Origin: Candidatus Woesearchaeota archaeon
GTDB taxonomy: Archaea; Nanobdellota; Nanobdellia; Woesearchaeales; GW2011-AR15
Direction of reading: 5' to 3'
Assembly (NCBI GenBank): GCA_016928835.1
Contig: JAFGJW010000007.1
Location: 12,158 to 76,157 of the forward strand
DNA: 64,000 nt
Position 1 is the stretch's first letter. Each line of letters starts with the position of its first letter. The notes under the pieces are model-generated. The model was not told the origin of the DNA. It ran no database searches and saw nothing but the letters and a program-made list of their open reading frames with translations. Positions 49,313 through 59,407 of the stretch are shown in pieces. The translations under genes were made by a program, and so were the position numbers.

Positions 49313-50872
49313 ATGATACATGATTATGGATTAAGCTTAGCAACTGTGGCATATCTGATCGGGGTTGATAGCGAAAGAGTAAAAACGGACCCATTAGTAA
49401 CAACACTTGACCCTGATATTATGGCGGCACATGCTGTCTTCACATTTAGAGATCTGCCAGAAGGATATTCAAACAGACTTGTTCTTGGATTGCGTAGTGG
49501 TTTGCATGATGCACTTGCTGCACTTGGGTGCAGAATAGAGCCATGGTTAAATACCTGGGAATCAGGCCAAGAGCCAGTTCCTCCAGGGATTCATGCTGTA
49601 GTTGATGTTCCTAGAGATGATGGTACTAGACGAGCTCATGCTATTTATAGACTTGAAGACAAACAAAATACTCAAGTTATTACAGTAGCTGAAGTCCCTA
49701 GAATAATCCGGGACCCGACACATAGTTATCTCAACCGAACCAGAGCTGGAATAGAAACGCTGCTCAATCATAGATCAGTAATCGTTATCGGCACTTATTC
49801 TGATAAACCTAATTTGGCGCAGATTCTGAATATGAACCTTGATGTGACACCTGTTGATTTAGGCAGGGAAGATGCCTTGTTAGATTGGGTAAGAAACATG
49901 TTAGTTCCAAAAGCTTCACCAATTATTCCAGCAGACATTAAGCGGTTTCAAAAAGGATATTTTAACCCAGAAGACAGCAGATATAGAACTTATGTTGAAG
50001 CTCTTATAAAATTAAGTAGAGGTTTATCTAGTACAGGCCTTTTCCCCCCAGGACAAACACTTGTCAATTTGGTGGAAGATAGATTGGACAGGCGTATTCT
50101 TGACGGCATAGTAGGAGGCAGGAGCGGATATTCATTTGGCTTCCTGGCTGTTGGTTGGGCTGAATATCGAAGTCAAAAAATAATCAATGAAGAAGTCTGG
50201 GAATCATTAGTTCCAGCTGAAGGTTTAGAAAACATTAGGTGTGATGGTGATATTTGGTATATAAGATTAGATAGAGAAGGTAGGACTAGGTATTATGAAG
50301 TTCCTGTTGTCCATATTGCCAGCTCGCTCTCAGGGAGAGATAAATCGGCACTTACCCGCAGAGATGTTGGCATTATAAGTGTAAAGAATGGCGAGTTACA
50401 CTTTAAAGTAGCAGAGGGAGTGGACTGGGAAATGGAAAAACCCAGAGCTTCTTTTGACCTCATGGCTCAGGTGGCGATGATATACGGCTCAGCTTTTGGC
50501 AGAGACCCTAGCAGAATAGATGAGCCAATTGAAAAAGTGCAAATCCATTACCATGGTTATCCACATCCGGATTGGCTTGTTCAAGGCACTGATTATGTTG
50601 CAGGCATTAATAATATCGGCGCACCGTGTGGCACTCCGCAAGCAGGATTACTGAATTTCTTTGAAAGCCTGTCATTATATGATGCCAATCCCGATCTGCG
50701 AGTAGCACACCTAATAGAGCCTGGACATGGCACAAATATCTTGGTGGATTTACATGATCTAGATTATATAATTGAGCGACTGCAAGCAGGAAGAAGGGGC
50801 AGGTGGCCAGTTGTTGAACTTGGAAGCAGGCACTGGAATTTGCTTAGAGAAAAGTCTCAATCATATAGTTAA
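49313..50872 (+). CDS. hypothetical protein
   Basis: 519 aa, no recognisable motif. Confidence 0.5.
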   Translation: MIHDYGLSLATVAYLIGVDSERVKTDPLVTTLDPDIMAAHAVFTFRDLPEGYSNRLVLGLRSGLHDALAALGCRIEPWLNTWESGQEPVPPGIHAVVDVPRDDGTRRAHAIYRLEDKQNTQVITVAEVPRIIRDPTHSYLNRTRAGIETLLNHRSVIVIGTYSDKPNLAQILNMNLDVTPVDLGREDALLDWVRNMLVPKASPIIPADIKRFQKGYFNPEDSRYRTYVEALIKLSRGLSSTGLFPPGQTLVNLVEDRLDRRILDGIVGGRSGYSFGFLAVGWAEYRSQKIINEEVWESLVPAEGLENIRCDGDIWYIRLDREGRTRYYEVPVVHIASSLSGRDKSALTRRDVGIISVKNGELHFKVAEGVDWEMEKPRASFDLMAQVAMIYGSAFGRDPSRIDEPIEKVQIHYHGYPHPDWLVQGTDYVAGINNIGAPCGTPQAGLLNFFESLSLYDANPDLRVAHLIEPGHGTNILVDLHDLDYIIERLQAGRRGRWPVVELGSRHWNLLREKSQSYS

Positions 50873-52228
50873 AGATCTGAAACATAACGCTTGTTTCAAA
50901 TATCTTTTGTCATCACCAGTAGGGAAAAAAGCTCTTTTCAATTCTCTTCTGTCTCTTAATTGGACTATGCTCTGCCAATAATGCACTTTGATTAATCTTC
51001 TCAATGCTTCTTGGTATTGAGCTTTAGTGGCCCAAAATGGCTCATAAAAAGTGATTTTCTTTCCAAATCGGTTAATACTTACACTGTCTTGGGGCCCTAC
51101 AAGTGAAAGATCATACCCATCTAAATAACCTTCAAGAACAGCCAATCCTAAATCTACCAAATGTCCGCTGTCAGCAACAAAACCTACAGCAAGTTGAAAG
51201 CTACGGTCATTGCCAACACAGTCAAAAACAATTTTAAAAGGAGCATTGTCATCTTGATGCTGTGGCTCCTCATAATTTGTTTTTCCCAGTTGGACTGTTT
51301 TATATGGACTGTATTGTCCAACAATTCCGCTTTGTCTGTCTCGCCTAGTCACTACAGTCACATTCTCGTAACCTAGTTGTGATAAATAATCCATAACACA
51401 AAAGCCTAGTGCACCCATTCCAATTATGAGTATTGGCACTTCATTATCAAATTCAGCTCTAGTAAGAACCATATTAACACCATTAATGGCACAAGCATAA
51501 GTATCTGTCATCACAGCCCTCTCCAATCGCTCATTTGGTTGAAGATTCGTAAATCCATCTGGCAAGGGTATGAATTGTTGCCTATGAGCAATCACTCTCT
51601 CTGATAAACCTCCACCAAGTTGGTCTCTGTTCTCAGTTATTGCTCCAAAACCATGAATGCCTCTAACATCTCCGCTCATAATATTTTCACAAAGGTTTTC
51701 TATCCCCTCAGAACATTGTCTGCATTGTTCCTCAACTGATTTTGCTGCACATGAGAGAATGGGATATAAAACCCCCAACCTATCTCGGGAATCCTTGACT
51801 ACTATCTCATGCCCGATAGTGTAAGGGGCAACAACTCTTCCAGGCTCCCATCTTCTGATACGTTCACAATACTGTTTTTGAGTCCATAAAATAAAGCGCT
51901 GAAGTGCATTTAGAGTATTTGGTGCAATATTAGGGAGAAAATCAAACATAGCTGTCCCCATTTGCAGTGTAATTAAGTTACGGTCGCTGCCGCAAACACC
52001 GCTGCATATTACTTCGTATGAACGGTAGTCATTACTCAAACCAATATCTTGTGGGTCTAATAATAAGACTTGTTTAAGTGCATAAAAAGGATGAGATATT
52101 GGATGCTGAAAAGGATATTCTCTTCCAATCCACCTAATCATTTTAAAAAGAACAGGATGATGGACCAAGAGTCCTGTATAAAGGGGAATCGGGGCAAATT
52201 GTATTGATTCCTGTTTTTTGCCTTTCAT
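50861..52228 (-). CDS. medium-chain (zinc-type) dehydrogenase/reductase family protein with about 60-aa N-terminal extension
   Basis: EVICSGVCGSD and GHEIVV zinc-ligand motifs, Rossmann IIGMGALG. Confidence 0.65.
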   Translation of the reverse strand: MKGKKQESIQFAPIPLYTGLLVHHPVLFKMIRWIGREYPFQHPISHPFYALKQVLLLDPQDIGLSNDYRSYEVICSGVCGSDRNLITLQMGTAMFDFLPNIAPNTLNALQRFILWTQKQYCERIRRWEPGRVVAPYTIGHEIVVKDSRDRLGVLYPILSCAAKSVEEQCRQCSEGIENLCENIMSGDVRGIHGFGAITENRDQLGGGLSERVIAHRQQFIPLPDGFTNLQPNERLERAVMTDTYACAINGVNMVLTRAEFDNEVPILIIGMGALGFCVMDYLSQLGYENVTVVTRRDRQSGIVGQYSPYKTVQLGKTNYEEPQHQDDNAPFKIVFDCVGNDRSFQLAVGFVADSGHLVDLGLAVLEGYLDGYDLSLVGPQDSVSINRFGKKITFYEPFWATKAQYQEALRRLIKVHYWQSIVQLRDRRELKRAFFPTGDDKRYLKQALCFRSLTI

Positions 52229-52341
52229 TTTATCAGTAAGCTAAATCCCCAAAACCATAATGGAGATTAATTTCTTTAATATAAAATTTATTGTTGATTT
52301 TCAATAACCTTTTTAAAATCCCTTTTTTTTCTTTTATTCCA

Positions 52342-53490
52342 ATGGCAAAAAAAGACTATTATGAAATTCTAGGCGTTAGTAGAGATGCTTCCAAAGATGA
52401 GATTAAAAAAGCCTACAAAAAACTGGCATTGAAGTATCACCCTGACAGGCACATGGACACTGACAAGAAGAAAGAGGCTGAAGAAAAGTTTAAAGAAATA
52501 AACGAGGCTGCTTCTGTGCTGGGAGATGATGAGAAAAGAGCACAATATGATCGCTTTGGCACTGCACAGCCAATGGATTTCTCTGGTTTTGATTTCAGCG
52601 ACTTTGGATTCAGGGATTTTGGAGGTGATTTTGATTTTGGTGATATATTTGATATGTTTTTTGGTGGAGGAAGTTTTGGATTTTCTTCCAGAGGAGCAAA
52701 AAGAGCATACCGAGGCTCTAATCTAAGGTTTGATATTTCTTTAAGTCTTGAGGAGGTTGCAGCAGGAGTGGAAAAGACAATCATGCTCCCACAGCTCATC
52801 CAATGCCCTGCATGTAATGGAAAAGGAGCAAAAGATAGTGATGATATTGTAACCTGCGACATATGCAGAGGAACCGGAAGACAGACCACTACCAAGAGGA
52901 CTGTGTTCGGCGTTTTCCAAACAACAACCACCTGTGGAAAATGTAATGGTCAAGGCAAGATAATAGAAAAACCATGCAGCAAATGCAATGGAGAAGGTAT
53001 TGTTAAACAAAGTTCTAAAATAAAGATTAAGATTCCAGCAGGTGTTGAAGAGGGCACACATCTAAGACTTTCTGGCAAAGGTGACGCAGGAATAAGAGGA
53101 GGGCCTCCAGGAGATTTGTATGTTGTGGTACAAATAAAAGAACATGAAATTTTTAGGAGAGAAGCAGCAGACATCTATCTCGAAACACCGATTTCATTTG
53201 TCCAGGCTTCACTGGGCACAACAATAGAAATACCTACATTAGAAGGCAAGGCTAAGCTAAAAATACCTCCAGGCACGCAGACAAATACCATATTTCGATT
53301 AAAGGATAAAGGCGTCCCCTACCTTAATAGGGGCGGCAGAGGGGATGAGAACGTTAGGGTGATAGTTAAGGTGCCTGACAGATTATCTAAAAAACAGAAA
53401 GAGATATTAGAGCAGTTTGCAGAGGCAAGCGGCGAAGACTCTGAACCAAGTGAAAGCTTTTTTAAGAAGATATTTGGCAAGTCGTGGTAA
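52342..53490 (+). CDS. dnaJ: chaperone DnaJ (Hsp40)
   Basis: J-domain [13 protein letters not shown]-rich linker, four CxxCxGxG repeats; start moved to MAKKDYY. Confidence 0.9.
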   Translation: MAKKDYYEILGVSRDASKDEIKKAYKKLALKYHPDRHMDTDKKKEAEEKFKEINEAASVLGDDEKRAQYDRFGTAQPMDFSGFDFSDFGFRDFGGDFDFGDIFDMFFGGGSFGFSSRGAKRAYRGSNLRFDISLSLEEVAAGVEKTIMLPQLIQCPACNGKGAKDSDDIVTCDICRGTGRQTTTKRTVFGVFQTTTTCGKCNGQGKIIEKPCSKCNGEGIVKQSSKIKIKIPAGVEEGTHLRLSGKGDAGIRGGPPGDLYVVVQIKEHEIFRREAADIYLETPISFVQASLGTTIEIPTLEGKAKLKIPPGTQTNTIFRLKDKGVPYLNRGGRGDENVRVIVKVPDRLSKKQKEILEQFAEASGEDSEPSESFFKKIFGKSW

Positions 53491-53502
53491 TTCTAAAAGA
53501 AT

Positions 53503-53772
53503 GTGGGGAGGAGGATTTTCACAAACGCCATCCAAGACCAGGGGGCTAAGCAAACGCAGTTTGCGCACGCCGCCTTTCTGGTGTGAACTGACAGATGGCA
53601 GTTCTTTTGAACCCCCGCAGGCATTTCTCCTGAATGAAACTTGATTTCACTTCAGTCTAAGCCAATAGGTGTCTTTCATTCATAGCGTGAAGCTCATCAC
53701 ACCTACGAAGCGACCTAAGCTTGGACATTTACTCCAGAAAATCTATCCCGTTTGGCCACTCCGGCATCCCCA
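53503..53772. ncRNA. GC-rich 270-nt non-coding island with complementary termini (GTGGGGA..GGAG / CTCC..TCCCCAC), candidate structured RNA
   Basis: About 50% GC; 7+4 bp terminal helix closing the element; several internal GGGGG/CCCCC pairings; family not identifiable by eye. Confidence 0.3.
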
Positions 53773-54428
53773 CATTTGAATCGGGAGTTAATTCTCTTGA
53801 GTTTCTCTTTATTTTGTAACGGGAAACTATTTAAAAAGTTATCTATCTCTTTCCGTCTTAAGCGTATTCCATAAAACTCCCGACCATATTTTTTATTAAA
53901 CCAGATTTCAGTTCCATGTGAAACATCCAACTCATTAAGCAAACTGCTAAGGCCAATCTGTAGCTGCTTACTTGCTGTCGTAAAACCTAATGAGTTACCT
54001 CTAAAACCACCATCTGTATCAAAATAACCTGCAATAAAATATCTCTTAATTTTTGATGAGTTATGTCTGATTAAAGAGGGGATAATAACAGCCGAACTCT
54101 TTGATCCTTCAGGGACTTCCATAGTTTTATTTAGGAAATTATACAACGCTTTATTTCTTATATAAATTCTCAATCGAGGTGTTCTATCCCCCTTTTGAAT
54201 TATACTTTTTGGTTTGGTCCTTGTTTTAATAATTGTCTTTATTATTTTATAGATATATAATAAAAATTTTTTATCACTAAGATCTATACTTATTCTATAA
54301 TCCTTTGACAAATCGGTCTTATGTGATTTTGGAGAATTTGACAAATTGCCATCTCCAATAATTACACCAGTTAAATAAGCAGTTTTGACATTAAGATAGA
54401 TTTTTTGAGCTTTTTTTTGATTATTCAT
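53715..54428 (-). CDS. free-standing double-motif LAGLIDADG homing endonuclease
   Basis: 237 aa; motifs LTGVIIGDGNL and IAGYFDTDGGF about 100 aa apart; last about 22 codons run into the GC-rich island. Confidence 0.8.
   Translation of the reverse strand: MNNQKKAQKIYLNVKTAYLTGVIIGDGNLSNSPKSHKTDLSKDYRISIDLSDKKFLLYIYKIIKTIIKTRTKPKSIIQKGDRTPRLRIYIRNKALYNFLNKTMEVPEGSKSSAVIIPSLIRHNSSKIKRYFIAGYFDTDGGFRGNSLGFTTASKQLQIGLSSLLNELDVSHGTEIWFNKKYGREFYGIRLRRKEIDNFLNSFPLQNKEKLKRINSRFKCGDAGVAKRDRFSGVNVQA
53750..53773. repeat. 24-nt direct repeat copy 1 (TTTGGCCACTCCGG|CATCCCCACA)
   Basis: Matches 54644-54657 plus 54702-54711. Confidence 0.7.
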
Positions 54429-54643
54429 TCAAATCACAGCGGGATGATGTAGTCCAAACTATGTAAATAATTTTAATTTAAATATTTCGCGCGCACAAAT
54501 GTCCAGTGAGATGAAGTCGAGCTAGACTAGGAGATTGAATATTTCCAAGGCCCAGTACCGAAAATTATAATTAATAGTTGAAAAAATTGTAAATATGATT
54601 TGAATTTAATTAATAATTACAGGAAAAAACCAAAATTTTTAAT

Positions 54644-54711
54644 CTCACACTTCTTTGGCCACTCCGGACAAACGAAGTTCGTAGGAGCACGAACTCCGGT
54701 TAGTTCTCCGG
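54644..54711. repeat. 24-nt direct repeat copy 2 interrupted by 44-nt palindromic insert (54658..54701) bounded by CTCCGG repeats
   Basis: Insert contains perfect hairpin GTTCGT-AGGAGC-ACGAAC. Confidence 0.7.
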
Positions 54712-54778
54712 CATCCCCACAAACAGTAGTGGAAGAACTCAATCTGTTTTAAATAATTTATTATTTGCCAGTATCACT

Positions 54779-55363
54779 TCACAAGCTCATAATCCTGACA
54801 AAAAATTCTCCAAGATTAATAAAAAGGATAATATTAAAAAACAGCACCACCATTGGCTCAATATATCTCTTATGGGGCAGCAAATTAAGCATGCTGGCGA
54901 TAAAGAATTCTAGAATCGCAAACAAAAAAGAAAAGAGTATGCCTACTACCACAATACTATAGTTACTAAAAAATAATGAGAGGTAACCAAGAAAGATTAT
55001 GGGAATGATGGATATCATGTCTGACACTTCAAATCCTCCAGTTAATAATTCTGCAAGATTTCCTGCAACGAGACAAAAAATCAATGAAGTCTTGAATCCA
55101 TAAGCTCTCACGATGAGAATACTAACAAAAAATAGCAAGTCAATATGCACAGGAAATCTGAATCTATGCAAAAAGTAATCCACAAGCATGATAAGTGCCC
55201 CAAGAAAAAGGAGTATAAATATGTCCTTAAATTTTAATAAAAAAATTATCAAGCCAGAAGCAATTATTACATATTTTATTGGTGTGTTAAGGAATTGTCT
55301 AATTGGCCTGAAAAATGCAGGCTCTCTTTTGCCTCTTTTACGTCTAAAATTATCCATAAACAA
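54779..55363 (-). CDS. hypothetical membrane protein
   Basis: 194 aa, 5-6 TM helices. Confidence 0.4.
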   Translation of the reverse strand: MFMDNFRRKRGKREPAFFRPIRQFLNTPIKYVIIASGLIIFLLKFKDIFILLFLGALIMLVDYFLHRFRFPVHIDLLFFVSILIVRAYGFKTSLIFCLVAGNLAELLTGGFEVSDMISIIPIIFLGYLSLFFSNYSIVVVGILFSFLFAILEFFIASMLNLLPHKRYIEPMVVLFFNIILFINLGEFFVRIMSL

Positions 55364-55428
55364 AGTAAGAAATGATTAGTTAATAATAACTTTATGCCCA
55401 ATCAGCTATATTTCTCTATATACTATTT

Positions 55429-56004
55429 TTATACAGGCAACCAAAGACCTCTTCTTAACCTAAACAAGCTGTCCATATCTCTAAGAATTCTTACCAGCTC
55501 TTCAGGCCTATTGTTTGTATAGACATATACTTCGCTATCTTCTCTATCAAAAGTCTCCATCCGCTCCCATCTTGAATCCACTTCACCAACCACATCGTTT
55601 ATCCTTCTTTTTCTATAATTTCTTTTTCTTAATATATCCTTCTCGACATCAAGACAAATCAAATACTTCTCTGCTACACAACCACCAGTATCAAGCAGCC
55701 ATTCCCTCATCTCATTTGTCTCAGCACAGGAATCAACCACAACATCAAGTCCTTTGCCAAGATTCGATAACTTCATTGAGTGCAGCAACCATAACATGTC
55801 ATTTTCAAGTCTTTCATAATCAGGTCTCTTGCTATAATCACTAAAGTCTAGAACCCCGTAAAGTTCATAACGCAACTGATCCGTACTCACCCATCTAAAT
55901 CCTAATCTGGCAAGATGACTGGCAACTTCAGATTTCCCTGAGCAAGGATATCCACACATCACCACTAGCCGCGGCAGTTCATCATAATTTCTGTGCACAT
56001 ACAT
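55429..56004 (-). CDS. P-loop kinase/ATPase (AAA_33 / zeta-toxin-like fold)
   Basis: Walker A GYPCSGKS; Arg-rich. Confidence 0.55.
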   Translation of the reverse strand: MYVHRNYDELPRLVVMCGYPCSGKSEVASHLARLGFRWVSTDQLRYELYGVLDFSDYSKRPDYERLENDMLWLLHSMKLSNLGKGLDVVVDSCAETNEMREWLLDTGGCVAEKYLICLDVEKDILRKRNYRKRRINDVVGEVDSRWERMETFDREDSEVYVYTNNRPEELVRILRDMDSLFRLRRGLWLPV

Positions 56005-56081
56005 ACGGCTCTGTAGAGATTAGTTATATAAAAGCATTTTTAACAAAATTTATATACTCCCATTATTCAAAGTATCTTACA

Positions 56082-56267
56082 ATGGATAAACAAGAATGGG
56101 AAGCAGAAAGAGACAGAGCATGGAAAAAGATTGAGGACCTGAGAAAAGAGTTTGAAAACAACCACGGAGATGAAGATGCTCTCCATCGGGCAATAGCAGA
56201 TGCGCTGAGCAAGGGATACATTTTAAAAACGCAATTTGGCCTAGTTAAAGCAGAGTACAGAGAATAG
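56082..56267 (+). CDS. small hypothetical protein
   Basis: 61 aa acidic helical ORF divergent from P-loop kinase. Confidence 0.3.
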   Translation: MDKQEWEAERDRAWKKIEDLRKEFENNHGDEDALHRAIADALSKGYILKTQFGLVKAEYRE

Positions 56268-56316
56268 ATAAAATTTAAATATACAACAATTTCTCCTCTG
56301 AATTGGGTGATACAAG

Positions 56317-57123
56317 ATGATAATATTCCCTATTGTATTTTTATTTGTTACAGGAATGATAGTAGCTGGCCTGGTTGTATTAAGCTCTATTAAACAGGCA
56401 AATGAATGGGAGCGTATCCCTATACTAAGGTTGGGAAGATATGTTGGAATGCGGGGCCCGGGTTTATTTTGGAAATGGCCAATTATTGAGCAGATACCAT
56501 TTAGGATTGATTTGAGAATAAAGGTTAGGGAGATTAGAACAGAGGAAAGAACTTTAACCAAGGACAATGTTCCGGTGAATGTAGGCAGCATATTATACGT
56601 ACAGCCGGTAAAACAACATTTAGAAAAATTAATACTTAATATTGATGATTATGAGAACGCAACCATTCTAGCTACACAGACAACACTCAGAGAGACAATC
56701 GGAAAACACACTCTCCAAGAATTGCTTTCAGACAGAGAAAAGGTCGCTGAAGAATTGCAGAAGATTATAGATGAAAAAACAGAGGCATGGGGTGTGAAGG
56801 TTCATTCAGTTGAAATCAGAGAAGTGGAGATTCCATCACAACTACAGGATGCGATTGCGCGAGTAGCTGAAGCAGAAAGGGAGAGGCAATCTAGAGTCAC
56901 TTTAGCACAGGCAGAGGTAGAAGCTGCAGGGAAAATGCTTGAAGCTGCATCAAATTATGACAAATCTCCAAGGGCAATGGAACTTAGATGGATGAACCAA
57001 ATCCATGATATTGGCTTGCATGGAGTCGGCACAGTAATACTCGTACCAACAGATATGCCAATGGCTGGTGTCGGCGGTGTCCTTGGCCTGGAGAAACTAA
57101 GGCCAAAGAGAAAAAGAGAATAG
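56317..57123 (+). CDS. SPFH/band-7 (stomatin/prohibitin-like) membrane protein
   Basis: N-terminal TM, SPFH core, Ala/Glu-rich coiled coil. Confidence 0.85.
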   Translation: MIIFPIVFLFVTGMIVAGLVVLSSIKQANEWERIPILRLGRYVGMRGPGLFWKWPIIEQIPFRIDLRIKVREIRTEERTLTKDNVPVNVGSILYVQPVKQHLEKLILNIDDYENATILATQTTLRETIGKHTLQELLSDREKVAEELQKIIDEKTEAWGVKVHSVEIREVEIPSQLQDAIARVAEAERERQSRVTLAQAEVEAAGKMLEAASNYDKSPRAMELRWMNQIHDIGLHGVGTVILVPTDMPMAGVGGVLGLEKLRPKRKRE

Positions 57124-57248
57124 GCATTATTTATATAGAATAGTACTTAGCTACCTAATTTCTCTGCAAAGTAATTTATCCTGTTATTCTGCGAATAGAA
57201 AAATAGTTTTATATAGTTTGAGAGATTTACATTAGCTGGTGGTAAAAC

Positions 57249-58235
57249 ATGGATCCTCAAATTGATAAATCTGATATGGGCAAAGTTCTGGCAGAGTTTC
57301 CTGAAATGATAAGGGATGCCATGGAGCTCGCAAGAGATATTAACATTGAGGATGATATTGAGAACATATTTATCTGCGGCATGGGAGGCAGCGCTTTCTC
57401 AGGTGATTTACTAAAGTGTTACTTACAGAATTTCAAAATACCTGTCTTTATCAACAAGAATTATTCCTTGCCGAAATATGTTAATAGCAAAACACTGTTA
57501 TTTGCAGTCTCATATTCAGGCAATACAGAAGAGACAATCTCCCAATATAGGGAGGGAATCAGAAGAAAGGCAAAGATTGTCTCTATATCCTCAGGGGGCA
57601 AGCTCAAAGAACTGGCCGCAATGAACAAGAACCCCCACGTCCTGGTCCCTAAGGGCATCCAGCCCAGGCTGTCAACACCATTTTTATTTGTTCCTATGCT
57701 AACGGTCTTGCAGAATATCAAATTGATTCCTAATCAGAAAAAGCTGCTGCTGGATTCCATTGACGCGTTAGAAAATCCAATTATCAAGGACAGGGCCCAG
57801 GAGTTAGCATCAAAAATCAAAAACAAGATTCCGATCATTTACTCCTCAGACAGAATCTATTGTATTGCAGAAAAATGGAAATGCGATATTAATGAAAATG
57901 CAAAAACACCTGCTTTCTACAATCTGTTCCCAGAATTTAACCACAACGAAATAAACGGATATGTCAATCTGGTTGGAACTTATTTTGCTATTCTTATCAG
58001 GGACTTAGACGACCATGAGAGGGTCAAGAAAAGAATCGGCATAATCAAAAAACTAATACTCTCCAAAGGTGTTGAGGTTACAGAGATAGCAATTACTGGA
58101 AACAGTTATTTAATTAGACTATTATCAGGCATATATATGGGTCTATGGGTTTCCTATCACCTTGCTCTTGAGTACAATGTAGATCCTACCCCTGTCGAGA
58201 TAATAGAGGACTTAAAAAAGGAGTTAGCGAGGTAA
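57249..58235 (+). CDS. SIS-domain bifunctional phosphoglucose/phosphomannose isomerase
   Basis: ICGMGGSAFSGDLL and VSYSGNTEET. Confidence 0.8.
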   Translation: MDPQIDKSDMGKVLAEFPEMIRDAMELARDINIEDDIENIFICGMGGSAFSGDLLKCYLQNFKIPVFINKNYSLPKYVNSKTLLFAVSYSGNTEETISQYREGIRRKAKIVSISSGGKLKELAAMNKNPHVLVPKGIQPRLSTPFLFVPMLTVLQNIKLIPNQKKLLLDSIDALENPIIKDRAQELASKIKNKIPIIYSSDRIYCIAEKWKCDINENAKTPAFYNLFPEFNHNEINGYVNLVGTYFAILIRDLDDHERVKKRIGIIKKLILSKGVEVTEIAITGNSYLIRLLSGIYMGLWVSYHLALEYNVDPTPVEIIEDLKKELAR

Positions 58236-58293
58236 AACGTAAGATTTAAATATATGAATAATAATCAAAATACTAGCCAGTTACTATTTTTTC

Positions 58294-58701
58294 GTGGAGG
58301 TTAAAATGAAAAAATTTTTTGACAAAGTAAAAGACAGGATTAAAAAATTCAGTTTTGATGATGAGATTTCTAATGGTCACGGTGAATATTTGGAGCTTGA
58401 TACTACAAGACAGCATGACAAGGCTTCAAAAGTGGTTGTGAGACCGTTTGTTATTGAGGATTTTTCTGATATCAAAGCCATACTTGATTCTATGAGAGGA
58501 GGGTACACAGTGGGGCTAGTAAACATTCGTCCTCTTAAGGATAAGGACTTAGTGGAACTCAAGAGAGCAATTAACAAGCTAAAAAAGACCTGCGAAGCTG
58601 TTGATGGAGATATTGCGGGATTCGGCGATGATTATTTGGTCATTGTACCCAGTTTTGCAGAGATTTACAGAGAAAAAGCCAAGGAAGAACCTGAAGAATA
58701 G
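58294..58701 (+). CDS. sepF: cell division protein SepF
   Basis: 135 aa; DUF552 core VVVRPFVIEDFSDIKAILDSMRGGYTVGLVNI...DYLVIVP. Confidence 0.75.
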   Translation: MEVKMKKFFDKVKDRIKKFSFDDEISNGHGEYLELDTTRQHDKASKVVVRPFVIEDFSDIKAILDSMRGGYTVGLVNIRPLKDKDLVELKRAINKLKKTCEAVDGDIAGFGDDYLVIVPSFAEIYREKAKEEPEE

Positions 58702-58766
58702 ACATTAGTTACTCTAATTATATTTATCAAAACATTAATATACTAATTTTCAAACTAATAAGTGTC

Positions 58767-59159
58767 ATGGACATTAACAAAATTCAGAAACTTAACAAAT
58801 TAGCTGTTGACTTAAAAAAGCATAATATTGTTGATTCTAAGGAAGAAGCCATTAAACAAGCTGAAAATGTTGTTGGAGCCAAGCATGATGACTTTAGTAC
58901 AAAAGAACCTGACAGAATGCGTGAAATTGAGAAGGAAATTCGAAAGATTGGGTTTGAAGTAAGAGAGCAACAGCAAAAAATCTCTGACATAGTAAAAACA
59001 CTGAATGAAGTCTTAGAACAACTTCATAATTCAAAGCTAAATATTAGACCAAAAGAAAAGATTTCAGCTAAAAAAGATCCCACAAAGCCCATAGACAGAA
59101 ATAAAGTGGCTCCTTCTGAGGTCTCTATTGAGAAATATTTTTATTTTGGGAAGAAATAG
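58767..59159 (+). CDS. hypothetical coiled-coil protein
   Basis: 130 aa, Lys/Glu-rich. Confidence 0.35.
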   Translation: MDINKIQKLNKLAVDLKKHNIVDSKEEAIKQAENVVGAKHDDFSTKEPDRMREIEKEIRKIGFEVREQQQKISDIVKTLNEVLEQLHNSKLNIRPKEKISAKKDPTKPIDRNKVAPSEVSIEKYFYFGKK

Positions 59160-59364
59160 ATCCCTTATACTTTTTCACAAGATCCTGCCATTCTATCACT
59201 CTTTCCTCGGCCTTTAAAGCTGTTCTAATAAGTACCGCATTCCTTTCCTCAAGCTCATCAATGCGTTTATCCTTTCTCTCTAATTCCTTATAGAGGGTTT
59301 CAATAATTATTTTAGGAGATTTCCTGCCTATCTTAGATGGAGAATGCTTTTTGCCTTTTTCCAT
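59125..59364 (-). CDS. hypothetical small protein
   Basis: 79 aa, basic N-terminus then coiled coil. Confidence 0.3.
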   Translation of the reverse strand: MEKGKKHSPSKIGRKSPKIIIETLYKELERKDKRIDELEERNAVLIRTALKAEERVIEWQDLVKKYKGSISSQNKNISQ

Positions 59365-59407
59365 TATTTGTATTAATAATAATCAAGGAAATATAAGCTT
59401 TTCTGGC

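Noticed and set aside
53497-54725. tRNA or split-tRNA interpretation of the 24-nt repeat around the LAGLIDADG gene
   Set aside because: Attempts to fold either copy into a cloverleaf failed: no D-stem complement and no TTCGA T-loop. The repeat is better explained as a duplication or terminal helix of another structured RNA.
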